DNA of 64,000 bases from Paraspadella gotoi (lineage: Eukaryota > Animalia > Chaetognatha). How positions within the stretch are numbered: position 1 is the stretch's first letter; every line of letters starts with the position of its first letter. Below the pieces are notes generated by a model. The model searched no databases. It saw only the letters and a list, made by a program, of their open reading frames with translations, and had not been told where the DNA came from. The stretch lies in assembly GCA_051294375.1 (NCBI GenBank), contig CM119265.1, positions 21,266,278-21,330,277 of the forward strand, in the 5' to 3' direction. This document shows positions 28,801 to 61,457 of this stretch, in pieces. Both the position numbers and the translations under genes were made by a program.

Positions 28801-29583
28801 AATAGATACCAGCTCGAGATACACTAGTGGATGAAAGTCGTGCGGCATGCGAGCTCCACGTGAGCTAGACTAGAACTCGATGGCTTGTCGGAGTTCTTAT
28901 AACTAATTGAAGCTCAGAGAGTGAGTAATTATAAGACTAATATAAGTCAAAAAAGAAACATTATTTATTAGAACGAATGAGAAAGCGAGAATAAAAAGGC
29001 ATGAACAACCAACACCATTCCAAGCTTTCTCATACATTTCGAAACATTATTTAAAGCATTTGAAACAATCATGAAACGTGCTACGTAAATAATAATAAAT
29101 CCTCTTTAAATGCGGAGAAGAAATAATACTCTGTGCTTGCGTCTAAAGAAGTGACTCAAGCTGTGTATGTATCACTTATGTACAGAAATGTGAAAATAAT
29201 GACAGAAGTGTAGTATATATTTCTAATCCTATTTGTGATTCACATTCTTATATATATTATATGTTATCTCCTAAATTGAACTCAATATAATTAGTCTGCC
29301 GGCTCTCCATTAAGACAAATAATAAGATCATCATGCGAGTATCACTAACGACCGTAGAAAACGATCAATATTATATTACTTCAGAAAAATAATGCTGTAC
29401 GTCACTTAGGTCGCTCGACTGATATACAAGAGTAGTTAGGCAGTCCGTGAGAGAGCGCCGGCAACAAGCTGCGCTGGTCCAGGATTGAGAAGGGTGAAAA
29501 ACCTTGCTGTTCAACCTTATAACTTGACCTTAAAGATATTATGCTCTTTCTCTCTGTCTTATTGCTCTCTGGTCTGTTCCTCG

Positions 29584-29648
<65 letters not shown>

Positions 29649-30561
29649 CTCTCTTTCTAACTGTTGCGACTATCTCTTTTCTGGTTTATATGTCTCTCGT
29701 GGAATGAAGAATTCCTCTCCTCTGTCTCAATAATGCCAATAATCAAGTCTCACACACCTAGCCTCTCTCGAAAGGCATATGATAGAGAATACATATCTCT
29801 CACCTTGGTGCTAAATACACTAAGTTCAGAAAGTAATTAAGGAATGAGAATGTGACATGAGGAGAGAGAGAGAAAATGAAGGGAAATACTTCCGGGCTTT
29901 CCTCTCTCATGCTCTCTCTTATCTCTGTCTGCGACAGGTCTTCTTCTCCTCTCAAATACCTTCTCTTCTCTCTAACTCAGTCGTCGGTCTACTCATCTTC
30001 TGTGTCCGTACTAATCCGTCTCATCCGTCTACTCTCTTCTCTCTCTCGCTTCTGCTCCATAATATCCCAGCCACTCTCCCAGGTCGATCCTCTCGCTCGT
30101 CGTTACCATTATCCTATCTCTCTCTCTCTTCTTCTTCCTTCTCTCCCCAACTCTCTAGTCGTCCACTCCTCCTACTCCATGCACTACATCACGTTCTCTT
30201 CTACTCCTACTCTCTTACCTCTCCTCTCCTCTCATTAATCCCGCATGAAAAGCGTAAAATATACAGAAAAAAAAAAAATTCTGTTAATATAATATAATAT
30301 AAAATAATCGTGTATAGATTATCGGTGACTATATCTCGGTACGCTGAACGGGAAATCACTCGCTCGCTCGAGTAATTTGAGCAAACAGACGCGACGCACG
30401 CTTTATAAAATAACTGACTCCCGACATCCATATCTCCGATATACTTCTAGATCCTATATTCTAATATATTTCATATGTCGCCGCGAGCGAGAACAAGACA
30501 GATTGAAAAATGTATTAAGAGAAGATTGAGCGAATTGTACGACGGTCATCTCTCCTCCTCT
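23961..30561. repeat. Copy 2 (equivalent to ~15133-20150), degrading into noisy sequence after ~26650
   Basis: Colinear with copy 1, with progressively more inserted bases, and ends at a 25-N gap. Confidence 0.88.
27470..27900 (+). pseudogene. Heavily insertion-corrupted third copy of the same exon
   Basis: Recognisable words (gatcgtcgact, gagcgatcctccg, caacgctccgtcg, gtccacgtcccc, ggatcctccacgcccc, gatctgggcagccgc) in the same order, separated by inserted bases. Confidence 0.6.
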
Positions 30562-31643
30562 NNNNNNNNNNNNNNNNNNNNNNNNNCTCGCTCTCTCGCT
30601 CTCTCGCTCTCTCGCTCTTTTAATTCTCGGCATTTCAAAATATTTGTCCTACGGTATCGAAATCCGGGTAAAGGGGATTTTCGGCAGAGATTCCAGAAAC
30701 TCGCGTATGCAAATTAGATTAGAGTCTAGAAAATCTAGAGCCTTTCATCATCGCCAAATATTCCAATTAGATTAGAATACTCTCTTTCTTCCAAAAATTG
30801 AGGATTCTCCCTCCATGCATCGCGGTGTCGACCCTTGACCCAGTAAAAACAATCTGTTCTTCAGACTCCTCATTCATTCCTATACGGCCCGGGAACGAGC
30901 GTTTTCTCTTGTCGCTAAAGAGCCTCTATCAAAAATGCTGGAGGGGGGGAGCGGGGGAATATTACTAAATTAAAAAAAGTAAACAACCGAGAAAATTAGT
31001 TGAATTAGGGAAAATTTTCGGGATGGAGCGGGAGAGAGAGAGAGAGACTAAGAAAGAGGGACTTCTAAGTCAACAAAATCAATCCAATGATAACAAAAAT
31101 CCTTTANNNNNNNNNNNNNNNNNNNNNNNNNNNNNNNNNNNNNNNNNNNNNNNNNNNNNNNNNNNNNNNNNNNNNNNNNNNNNNNNNNNNNNNNNNNNNN
31201 NNNNNNNNNNNNNNNNNNNNNNNNNNNNNNNNNNNNNNNNNNNNNNNNNNNNNNNNNNNNNNNNNNNNNNNNNNNNNNNNNNNNNNNNNNTTTTATCCAC
31301 CCCAAAAATACCAAGCTCAACTTTTAACTTAACTCACAGAAATATGTATCAAAAATGAAAATATATGGTAAAGAAGATCTCGCGAAAAATGACACTAACG
31401 CGAAAAAAACTTTGAACAGTAAACAATTTTCAACTGATCGTTTGTGTCACACTTTGAACGGACTTTTTTTCCTCTTTCTGTCTCTCACTCCTCTTCGCAT
31501 TATATCTTCCTTTATCATTTCTAAAAAAAAAGGAAAAATTCTTCAGCTAATATATTGGATTTATTAAGTAGATAATTTTTTTTCAACTACAAATTCAAAT
31601 TTAAAAAAAAACTTCCGAACTTTATCATCCTTCAGATCGACGC

Positions 31644-50268
<18,625 letters not shown>

Positions 50269-51165
50269 ACGTTTATTTTTAAAAATGGGTAGTAAAGTTA
50301 TGGGCGCCCATAGTTTTAAACTTAAACCAAAGACTTACCTTTTGAGTTTCATCCCCTCCCCTTCCTTACCCTCGAGCGCCCTTAACGCTTTCGCTAACTG
50401 CATCGCGGACGGACGGATACTAAAAATAGATTCGTTTACAAAATCAGTATTAGTTTTTGTATCGGTTTTGTACGAGACCATCGAGAGTCCATGGTCATTT
50501 TATTTTCTGTCTCATATCGAGATTACGCTTGTTCATTTTCTATTCATCTCTCAATACAATCAATTTCTTCTTTTTTTTTGGAAAAAAAAAAACAAACAAA
50601 AAAATACCGTGTATTACATATCGAAAACCAATGTACCTTTTCTCTGCAATTTCCGCATTTTTTTTTTTGTTACTTCAGAGATTTTTTTTCTTCAATTGTC
50701 ACTTTTATAAAAAATTTAAAAAAAGCGTCATTCTTGTGAAAACTAAATTGTATTCGTACTTAGTTACTTTTTTTCGGGGTTACTTTTCCTTCTCTTAATT
50801 GTATTTTCTTCATCATGTAATTGGGTTTGTCTCTTAATTTTTTCCCCTTACGATCCGGACGAAGGGAAAAAGACTGTCTCCGGATTTAATACAAGCTTGT
50901 TGCTTTTTTAAAAATTTTATTTACAATCTTTTTTTTTCATGCGTTTCTAGAATCAAATCTTCATTTTCTTAAAAGTTCTTTTTTTAAAAAAAACTCGTAC
51001 CTTTTTCATGTAATGTGTTATAATCATGTGAAAAAGAAACATGAAAACCCCCACTGAAATCTTGTCAAGAAAAACCTTAGAATTTAACCGAATTAAAAAA
51101 AAAATTTCATCTTGCTCGGATGAAATTTGTATTTATCTTCTTATCAGTTATCAGTCGATTATCGT

Positions 51166-51171
51166 AATAAA
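51166..51171 (+). terminator. Candidate polyadenylation signal AATAAA of Prdm3/16 (3'UTR about 0.9 kb)
   Basis: First AATAAA I noticed downstream of the stop, within AT-rich sequence. Confidence 0.35.
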
Positions 51172-51305
51172 TACAAATTGATTATGAAAATGACTGCGGG
51201 TTCAATCGAATGAATTAGAATGAGTCAGACCAGAGACTTTATAGTTAGTTCAACCGAGGAAAAACATCTCTTTAAGTTCCGCTCGTATTTGATAATGAAA
51301 ATTCT

Positions 51306-51339
<34 letters not shown>

Positions 51340-54208
51340 TCGCATATTCCCAGATGATTCGTCACTCAGACTCGAAATTCACCGACTGTCACCGAATTCC
51401 CTCCGAAGTGTCACAACAAATTCGTGATCAAACTGCGATGTTCACGTTTTCTTTATATTTCACGCTGGAGGCGAATCCTGTTTGCGATGCGAGTTGTTTG
51501 CACTTGGCGCCTTGCTCTTGCGTTATCTCAGCTACATCCTTCTTAGCTTTTTTTTCGCATTTTGCTCCTTGAGCAGTTTTAGGCTGTTATTATCCTTTGA
51601 TGGATCTTGCATAAAAAAAATATAAAATATATAATTGTCTATGAAATATTTATGAAAATATAATTTATACCATTTCAAGAACCTTTTTTCAATTTTTCAA
51701 TCTTTTTTTATTTATTTTTATATTTCTTCCTTTCTTTAGTTTTTTAAAAAATATTTATTTCTTTATTTTTCTCTTTCTTTCTTTCTCTCTTTCTTTCTTT
51801 CTTTTTCAGTCCTTTATTTTTCTGTCTTTCTTTCTTTCTCTCTTTCTTTCTTTTCAAGCTTCGGAATCAGCCTTGGATAAATATCAAATTTGAAAGTTTG
51901 AAAATGCGAGATTAAATAAAGAAAGAAACAAAAAGAAAAAAAAAGTCAAAAGACTTTATCCCGCAATTTTTTTTCAATTCTGTCGTTGAATCTGAATATA
52001 GATTACAAAAATTTGACGAAATGACAGATTTATTACCATCAGTCATTAACAAAAATTATAATAATTCTTATATTTGTTATACCAATTTCATTCCATCACA
52101 TAAATATTTTTTGTCTTTCTATACTCTTCTTCTTATTTCCATTTCGCCGCCGCCGCCGCCGCCGCCACCGCCGCCACGGCCTCCGTCCCTTCGAGACGCC
52201 TTAACGTGGGAAGTTTTGCCGCCAAAGATTCCATTTGCATATTTGAGTCAAAGGAGGGGAAAATCGCGAGAATTTCAAACATGATCTTTTTCGCATCTTC
52301 AAACAACGCATGATCCTTTTTCTTTTATTTTTTTTTCTCCTTTTTTTTTAAATAATGCAAATATGATTTTCGCGAATTTCGCCGCTGGTTATTATTCCCA
52401 CCTCGGGTCGACCGCATAAGATGCTGCGATCAGTGCTGCAGATTTTGTGGCAACTCACGCAGATTGATCCATTTTCTCTCCAATGTGACTTTGATGACGA
52501 TTTAGTTATCACTGCATCTCTACTAGCATCTAAGTCGGGCTAATTATGATTAAGTATGATAAGCATAAGTCGTAAATTCCTAAAAGGAGACTGCAGCGAC
52601 CGAAACGCAATTCTTGAGGGTCTAATGTTTCTCCTCGCCTCAAGAAAACAACAGGTGACTGCTAAATTGCCAGTATTTGCTGGATAATTTTTTTAAATTT
52701 TTGGTCTTCCATAACTAGTTTTTCGTCCTCTCCGCCAAAGTATTGTAAGTAATTTGTACAAGTAATATACGTAAATACCAGAACAGGCTATGGCGAGTTA
52801 AGGCCTACATGATAACAATTAACCATGGTAACAAGGTTGACTCCTAAGTCAGTGATAGTCAACGATATATAGTCGGTTTTTCTCAAAAGAAAATTTCGTT
52901 TCAAAATCAAGGGAAGGGAAAAAAAAAGATGTAAATTGAATTTTTGACATAAAGATTCGCACGCATTCGCTAAGAAAAAAAAACATGACTGTAACGGGAA
53001 TAAGAAGGAAAAGATAAAGAACAAAAAATGACAAAAATGTTTCAAACGATTTTTTTTCTGTTTTTAATTTTTTTCTCAACGAAAAAGAAATTGAAAAAGA
53101 TTAAGGGAGAAAAAAGGCGAGAGAAACAGACAGTAGCGAAGATAAGGGCGGAAATGGAAAAGGGGCGGAGGGGGGTCGGGGGTGGGGATGGTGGGGTATG
53201 GTGGGGGTAACATTAAAAAGACAAGGGAGGATGGGGTGTGGTGTAATAAAATGAGAGAGAGAGAGAGAGGGAGAGAGAGAGAGAGTCGACAGATACCTCA
53301 CTTTATTTTGGTTTTCTCAACTGATAACAAACTCTCAAAGAGGCGAGAAGATAATTTTTTGTTTCTGTTCGAAGAAGAAGATGAAAGGAAAACAAGATTT
53401 GGTGTAAAGTCAGGTGGTGAAGTGGTCTAGGGTGGTGAAGTGGCCCAGGGTGGTTTTTTGGCCGGTAAAAAGGTGGTCGGGGACCGTCGGATAGTAAATG
53501 GAGCCAGTGATAGAAGCCGAGGAGGAATATCTTGAGCAGTGAGAAAGTGAGAGAGTGAGAGAGTGAGAGAGTGTGTCAGTTATGAGATTTTCTTTTTCTC
53601 TCATCCCGTCATTTCTTATTCGTGTCGTTTTCATTCGGTTCAAAGTTCAGTTCCTTATCGTCATCGATTCATATCGAGGGGATGACTCACTTTCATTCAT
53701 AACCATCATTTATATATATATATATTATATAGTTCATCCATTCCTGATAATTACTATTACTAAATCCTTTTTTTTATATTATTGTTTCTTTACATTTATG
53801 CCCATCATTTTAATGTAGAATGTTTCTTCTCTTTTCTCTCTTTTTCTCTACACGAAAAAATAATAATAAAGGATTAACCTGATTCATGAATTAATAAGGA
53901 AAGAGAAAAACAATCTGAGTTCCACTTCGGAGCAATAAAGACTTTCATAAAAGGTCATATGAATGGAAAGAATCTGACATGATATTGAGCCAGAGAGCGA
54001 GCGACGCCGACGACGACGATGACGATGACGATGACGATGACGACGACGATAGGGAAGCAAATGATGATGGCAAATTATGATAGAGTTAAAGACGATGGTA
54101 TTGACGTCGATGAATGAGCAAAAAAGACGTGGAATTTGGCAACACTTTCCCGCCACGAAAATTCGTTAATGAAAAATGATAAAAATAGGGGATTAGGACT
54201 CCGATAAA

Positions 54209-54250
<42 letters not shown>

Positions 54251-54287
54251 CACAACGACGACGACGACGACCACAACTACGACGACG
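54209..54287. repeat. (GAC)n microsatellite; (GTC)n also at 51306-51339 and 55463-55502
   Basis: Direct inspection. Confidence 0.9.
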
Positions 54288-55461
54288 TCTGCTCACATTC
54301 AGTATCTTTAAACCAATTTCCTCTCAAAAAATCCCTTTGAGAATTCGATGCTTCTGTCTAGAAAAGAGAAACTCGAAATCTCGCCAACCTATCTCGGCCA
54401 ACCTATCTCGGCAACCCATCTTCAAATGAAAAGAAAAGAAACTTCTTCTTCTTCTCCCCCCCCTCTCTTTCTAAGACAAAAAGATCTGATAAGAACTAAT
54501 CGTTTGACGTCATCGACTAATTTGAAGGTAAAACCCGAAAACGAAAAAAAGTGGAAGACACGAACGTGAAAAAGATTGGGAGGCCAATTGGAAAGCGATC
54601 ACGTGATCGGTGATCATTTGTGAAGGTGAATGATTGTAGCGATGTCAAAGACTCACTGTCAAAGAAGAAATTGGAGAAATAGCAAACTGGAGAATAATTG
54701 TTTTTGTCGTAATTAATGATATCAATGAGAGAGAGAGAGAGAAAAAAAAGAGAAAAGGCTTAATTGCCCAATCAACTTTCATGAACATGAAGTAAATTGA
54801 AAAAAACTATTCGACGCCAAACTCGAACTATCGATACTAATTTGCAGATATTAATTGCAAGATTTTGCAGATTTGAGATTCTCTATTGAAGTTCTAGTCG
54901 TTGTCGTCGTTTTCGTTGGCAAAACAAGACTGTAAGGATAAGTAGTGAAGACTGTAAACGGGGCAAAGATTAGAAGTGAAAGGGGGAAGCAGAGAGTAGA
55001 GGGTATTAGGGATACTGAGAATCAGCTCGATGGCGTCGCAATGACATCACTATTGACGTCATTGACTGACCACAAAATCTAAATCCCGGCGGATTTTCCC
55101 GAGAAAGAAGCAGAGACCAGTTTGGGAAAAAAAATAAAAGTTAAAAAAAAACCACTCTCTTTAAATCTTAAAAGTTCATTTCTTTTTTTGTTTTTTTTAT
55201 GTTGTTTTTATTTTTTTCCGTCTTTATCCGAAAATATCTTCGCTTCCTGCTTTCTCACTTTGTTTTAAATCTCGGAACGAGTTTAGTTCGGTTCTTTTTG
55301 TTTATTTATTTAATAATATTTTATTTTTCAATTTTAGCCGCAAAAAAAAAATCGATCTCGTCATCAGACGAAAAAAAAGAGACGTTTTAAAATTCGTTAG
55401 CGGAAGAAATTTAGTGATTGATGTTCAAAATCATCATTTTTCGATTCATGATTTACGATGT

Positions 55462-55502
<41 letters not shown>

Positions 55503-56357
55503 TGCAAACTTGATTTCTTCATTTAGGGTTTTTTTTTCCTGAGGGAGAGAGGGAGGGTTATGGAAAATTAAAACTCATACTGTGAAGGTTACTATGTATA
55601 TCAACGCCGAGTCGCCTTCTCGTTTTTATTCCCGTTTGTGTTACATTTTTATATTGGTTGTACCAATTTCATTGATTGCCCCGTGAAAACATTTCGACGT
55701 AATTCGTAGAGCTAGTTCCTTTAATTAATAAGCCCGCCTGTTAATATATTCAAGTATTCATATCAAAACCCATCCAATAACAAGCCAAACACTCTTTCTA
55801 CATAGTACAGAATGTCCGTTTAATTTCCCGACAGGTTACATTTTTTTTTTTCAGCTCACCGATAAATTTGTTTACGAATTCATTCGTGGTAAGAATCTTT
55901 TCGCTAAGGCGGTCGTCGTCATCCTCGTCGTTGTTTTCGTCGTCGTCGTCGTCGTTTTCGTCGCCGCTATCATCGTTATCATCGTCATTTTTTACTATCT
56001 CTGCTTAGTATTCGTTTCTGTCAGAATCTCAGTCTTCATTCCTCCGCCTTATTTTCTGTCATCGCCACCGAAAATATCATCTCAGGAAAGAAAAAAAAAT
56101 AAAGAGAGGGAGAAGAGAAAAAAAAACAAGATCACACAATCCTCCCATTGAACTTCACAGATGTATATATATATACACTACGTACAGACCTTTCTTTCTT
56201 TCTTTCTCTCTCTCTCTCTCTCTCTCCTCTATTTCTCTCTCTCTCTCTCTCTCTGATCTCTCTCTCTCTCTCTCTCTCCTCCTGTACCCCTAGTTATCCC
56301 ACATTCTGTTTTACCTTTTCACGTCCCCCGATTTTCTTAGTTTTAAACTTAAAACAA

Positions 56358-56635
56358 TCCCTAAACCTAATTCCTTAACCCTAACCCCTAACCCTAATCC
56401 CTAATCCCTAACCTTAATCCCTAACCTTAATCCCTTAGCCTAATCCCTAATCCATAACCCTAATCCCTAACCCTAATCCCTTACCCTAATCCCTTACCCT
56501 AACCTATTCCGGAACCTTGACCCTAAACCCTTATCTCTAATTTCAATCCCTAACCTCTAACCCTAACCTGAATCTTTAACCCTAATCACAAACCAAGTCC
56601 CTAACCTTGATCACTATCCTTACCCCTAACCTTAT
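56358..56635 (-). repeat. Degenerate interstitial telomere-like array, (CCCTAA)n with (CCCTAAT) 7-mer variants
   Basis: ccctaacccctaaccctaatccctaatccctaaccttaatccctaa... over about 280 bp, equal to TTAGGG/ATTAGGG on the minus strand. Confidence 0.8.
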
Positions 56636-58019
56636 CGTTAACTAAAAAAATTAAGCTAATTCCGAATTCAAGATAAAATAATGCGTTCTTGGAAAAAAAA
56701 AAAAAGGTTCAACGCTCCCTTTCTCTCTTTTCCCCCTCCTCTCTCTCTGTCTCTATCCAATATGTTCTCCATTCCCCCCTTACCCCTCTCCCTCTCCCTA
56801 TTTCCTCCCTCTCTTCTTCCCCGCCCTCCTAACCTTTCCCCTTCACCGCTCTCCTCGCTCCGCCTCTCCCTCCCCTCTCTTCTTCTTCTCGCCCCCTCTC
56901 TTTCCAAACAGATTTTGGGTCTCGGAATTTTTATCTGTTTATACAGGAGCATGTTTTCTAATGATCTTCCCTCTTTCGGCTGAAGAGGATTTTTTGAGAC
57001 TTGAGAGAGAATGAGATTCCTCCCTATTTTGTTTTTTTTTTAAGATTTTTTTTTTCTTAATTCTTTTTCCGGCTTTTTTTTTTCCAAAAGCGCCCTATTT
57101 CAAAACTTAATTATAACCTAATTAATTTTAATCCATTACTAAATATTTTACCCAAAAAATGAAATTAAAATTTGGAATCAAAATTTAGTAGTTATATCTT
57201 AAAAATTAATCTGTAGTTATTTTTTTAAATTAATATATTAGCCTATCAGCTTATTTTTTATATAGTTTTACCTTATATAATATCAAAATTTTTAAAAAGA
57301 AAATTGGTATCTTAAATATAGTTTTATATTTTTTTTAAAAAAATATAATTTTTTCATCAACTTTTGCAACAAATCAAAATCCGATCTTAAAATTTAAAAA
57401 TTTAAGCTTATTTTATACTTATTATTAATCAATTCCTAACAAAATCTATAATCAAATTCTAAATTTTTAATTTTTAAATTAATCTTTAAACTTAAAAAAA
57501 CTGGCTTAATCCTGAAATTATGTTGAAATGGGGCACTTTTGGAAAATATTGCTCCTTTTTCCTTACTTACTTTCTTCCTTTCTTTACCACAAATTAACAG
57601 GTTGTTCTATGACCCTGAAATTTAATTAAGAAAAAACAAACCAAACTGTCCAATGTCCAATGGACATCCTGGTCAAACATCCTGGTCAAACATAACAACC
57701 ATTATTTTCGCGTTGTATTCTCGTCAAATTAAATTTAAACTCTTTCGAAAAAACCGAGTTTCAAAACCGTTATAAAAAAGATGTTTTATGTTAGTTCTGG
57801 CCTCTCGATAGAATGTTTGTGTCAGTTTAGGAGATTCACCCTTCTTTTCCTTGTGTAAATAAAACTTTGATGACAGCTTAAAAAATGAGAACCATGTTTG
57901 GGGCGTTCTCAAAGACGGTTTTGATAAGACGGGGGAAAAAGATTGAGGAAAGAAAGAAAAAAATAAAAACTGAGATAGAAAGAGAAGAAAGAAGGAGAAA
58001 GAAAGAAAGAATTAGAGAG

Positions 58020-58106
<87 letters not shown>

Positions 58107-58108
58107 AA
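58020..58108. repeat. (AAAG)n microsatellite
   Basis: Direct inspection. Confidence 0.95.
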
Positions 58109-58182
58109 CCGAGAAATACTATAAGTGAAAAAAGAATAAAAAATAAATTAGATAGATAAAGAGATGGAAAATAGGCTAATAA

Positions 58183-58183
<1 letters not shown>

Positions 58184-58276
<93 letters not shown>
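58184..58276. repeat. (GATA)n microsatellite
   Basis: Direct inspection. Confidence 0.95.
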
Positions 58277-59042
58277 CGAGATAAATAACTACGTAGACGG
58301 TACAAAAAGAAACGCATGGACAAAAGAACAGAACAAATTAACGTTTCATAAATCATCCTCGGCCGGTCACGGACTCGCAGCCCCAGCAGCCTCCGCAGCC
58401 TCCGCAGCCTCAGCAGCAGCGCAGCCCCGGTCGTCTTCGCCTCCGTAATGTCATTCGCATTCTCAAGACGCATCTGGCGAAAACCCGAAGCTCGAAGAAT
58501 GATAAACCCTTTGAGCGGTGAGAAGAAACAGGAAGGGAGAGGGGGGAGGAAGAAGACGAGGGGGGGAGGAGGAGAGGGAGGAAGGAGAAGGGAAGGGAGG
58601 TGGGAGGAGGAAGATAGATAACTAGGGGAAGAAGACAGAAAAAAGAGAACTCGTAGGGAAGAGAAAAATAGAGAGAGAAGGTAGGCATGGGAGGATTGAA
58701 AGAAAAGAGAGAAAGGCAGTTGGAAGAGGATGGGAGGGTGAAACAAAGAGGAATCGTCTTTTTTTTTAATAAATATTAAACAGTTTTTTTTTAAAGTAAT
58801 CGCCAGAGAAGGATTTTTAAGTCTGAATGGAACGGGGATGTTAAGGAAGAAAAAGGAAGGAAGAAAGGCCGAGAGAAAGTAAGGGAAAGGAGAGGACGAG
58901 GGGAAGAGCGATAGAGGGAGAGGAATAAGGAGGAAGCCGCGAGGGAAGAGAGGGGTTGACCCGAAAAAAGACTAGAAGGAAGAGAAAGATAGTGACGAAG
59001 GCGCAGACAGACGCGAAGGAAAAAACGCGACGAGAGAGAAGA

Positions 59043-59119
<77 letters not shown>

Positions 59120-61331
59120 GCGATTTTGCTGGAATGTCGAGGGTAGAGTTCTTTGGGGGTTAAGAGGGGGGGGGTAGTCGGGGAAAAGGTTTAGGGGGGC
59201 GGGGACGGAGAAGAATAAGGCGAAGAGCATGAGGTGCAAAATGGGCTTGAGGCTTAATTAAGATACCTAAACTGTAATTTAAGACAAAAGAAATATTGTT
59301 TTTCAAAATTTAAACACAAAAAAGAAAAAAAAAAACGCGAAAAGTTCGTTCGCCCTGAGAAACTGAATGTCATTCGTCGAAGATAATCTAAGGCGAAACT
59401 TAATGTCTTGATTTGCTTCGTCGTCGTTCGTCGTTCCTCGTTCGTCACCACCTTCGCCTTTTCCGTCTTAATAACCTCGTTTCTTACATTAACTGGAAAT
59501 GACATTAACGCATAAATGCTACCTGGAAAAGAATATATATGTATAGGAGAAATTCGACTGCAGAGACTCCCAAACTAATTAGGTCCGCGAGAGTCGACGT
59601 TTCCATCGATTAAGCGTTTCGTTTCGCCAAAACAAAAAAAAACGAAAAAAACAAAACAAAACAAAATAGCAGGAATGAGAAAACAACAAAGACGACCCAA
59701 GGAACCCTTACCTGGCCCCCAATGCGGCCGGGAAAGGGCCGCAGGCTGTAGGGCCGAGGGGGGGGGAGCGGACGAGGTCAAGTTAATCAGTTAATTCTTC
59801 CGATTCCGATACAAAATAAACCTGAGGTAATCGTGATTTATTAGAACATGGAAGAAAAAATAAAGTAGTTCTAGTCTAGACTACTAAGACCTTTTTCTCT
59901 CCTCTCTCTCTCTCACTGTTGTTTCGTTATCTCCGTTATCCCTCCATGCCATCCCTCGGTATTATCCTTGACCGGTGGTCACCCCTTTCTAGTAAAATCT
60001 TAAATTTCAAATTCTTAAGTTTCGTGATATTTTCGTCTCAAAAAAAAAAAAAAATAGAAAAGAAAAGAAAAAAAAACATCTGTGTTTTTTTCGGTTTCAA
60101 TGATTAAGAAATGAAATCCATAATCAGACCGCCGCCCCGATCGTCGTCGTCGTCGTCGTCGCCAACGGCAGCGGCGCAGTCATCTCCCATTCGCTTTCAA
60201 GTTTAAAAGTTTATCCTCCTCTTCGTCTTTGTGCATTCTTTTTGCCCCGTATAATTTTTTAAAACCCTACCCCCTCTAAGCAACTGGGTCGCCTCACCCG
60301 ATCACGAAGACTCTTTACTCCACGCCGCTTGCCCCGCTTTCCTCCAGCCCCCGTCGCTGCTCCCCACCTGTCCGACCGCGGGGCGACTTATCACTTACCC
60401 CGTGGGTGTGGGGGGCGAGGGACGGACCAGGTCCTAAGGAGGTAGGGGTGGGGGGCAAAGGATCGAAGAGGGGAGGCCGGCGATCCGACTCAAAGACCCC
60501 AGGGCTTTTTTTGTGATCTTAAGGCCTTTAGACCCTTGGGCGTTCTTGTGTGGTTTCCTTCGCAGATTAGATTTTGAAATTAGTCGTCGTCGTCGTCGTC
60601 TGCTATTGGTCTGCTTGTCATTAAATAGTTGTTTTTTTTAAATATTCAATTAATTTTTATCTTACTGTTTTCTAATAAACCATGACAATGCCTTTCCAGT
60701 ATTGTTTTTAAAAAAATTATTATCGCAGAAAAACCATAAAAAAGTTTAAATTTAAGGATATTTTGCTTTTTCCGCGGAAGTTTTGCGTCTCCGAGAGGAA
60801 GTGCCAATCCGCCTTTTTTTTTTTGTTTATCTGCCGAATTTTTGAGTCACGAGTGAAACCAAAACAAAATCAAAACAAAAAGCAAAACGAAAAGAAATTG
60901 TTTTTACTTTTGGAAGAGGATGTTCTTTTATTTTCTTTTTTTTTCTTTTCTTTTTGGACTCTCAATCCGGGAAAAGACGAGAGTTCCGGAAATTTTGATC
61001 AAACTTAGAGCCAAATGTTTTGTCTTAAAGTTTGACACATTAGGATGGGAGATCGAGAAATGATAATAATTCTGTATATCTTTAGGTTATCAGACAAAGG
61101 AAATTCATACAAAATTTAATAAGGTAATGAATAAATGTATACATGAATGCATCAATTCAGGCATTGATCCAGAAATTTTGTACAAATCTGCGTGGGTTCG
61201 AATCCAACCCCTTCCAATTCTTTTCTTATCGTCGGTTACATCAACAAATCTATCGAAACCCCTTTTCTCTCGACTTCAACCCAAAAAAAAGACCAACATT
61301 TATAACAAATTTTAATAAAAAATAAAGTAAA

Positions 61332-61333
<2 letters not shown>

Positions 61334-61377
<44 letters not shown>

Positions 61378-61381
61378 AAAA

Positions 61382-61456
<75 letters not shown>
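61334..61456. repeat. (AAAG)n microsatellite
   Basis: Direct inspection. Confidence 0.95.

Positions 61457-61457
<1 letters not shown>

Noticed and set aside
52574-52615. cctaaaaggagactgcagcgaccgaaacgc, resembling a minimal Penelope-type hammerhead ribozyme
   Set aside because: The CUGANGA core and the cleavage triplet are absent and stem II is mismatched; too degenerate to call.
58350-58520. CAG/GCA-rich open frame (DSQPQQPPQPPQPQQQRSPG...) followed by GTGAGA
   Set aside because: No acceptor or in-frame ATG and no homology; more likely a simple repeat in non-coding DNA.
61190-61212. GCGTGGGTTCGAATCCAACC, resembling a tRNA T-arm/B-box
   Set aside because: No acceptor stem, D-arm or A-box upstream; at most a tRNA/SINE remnant.
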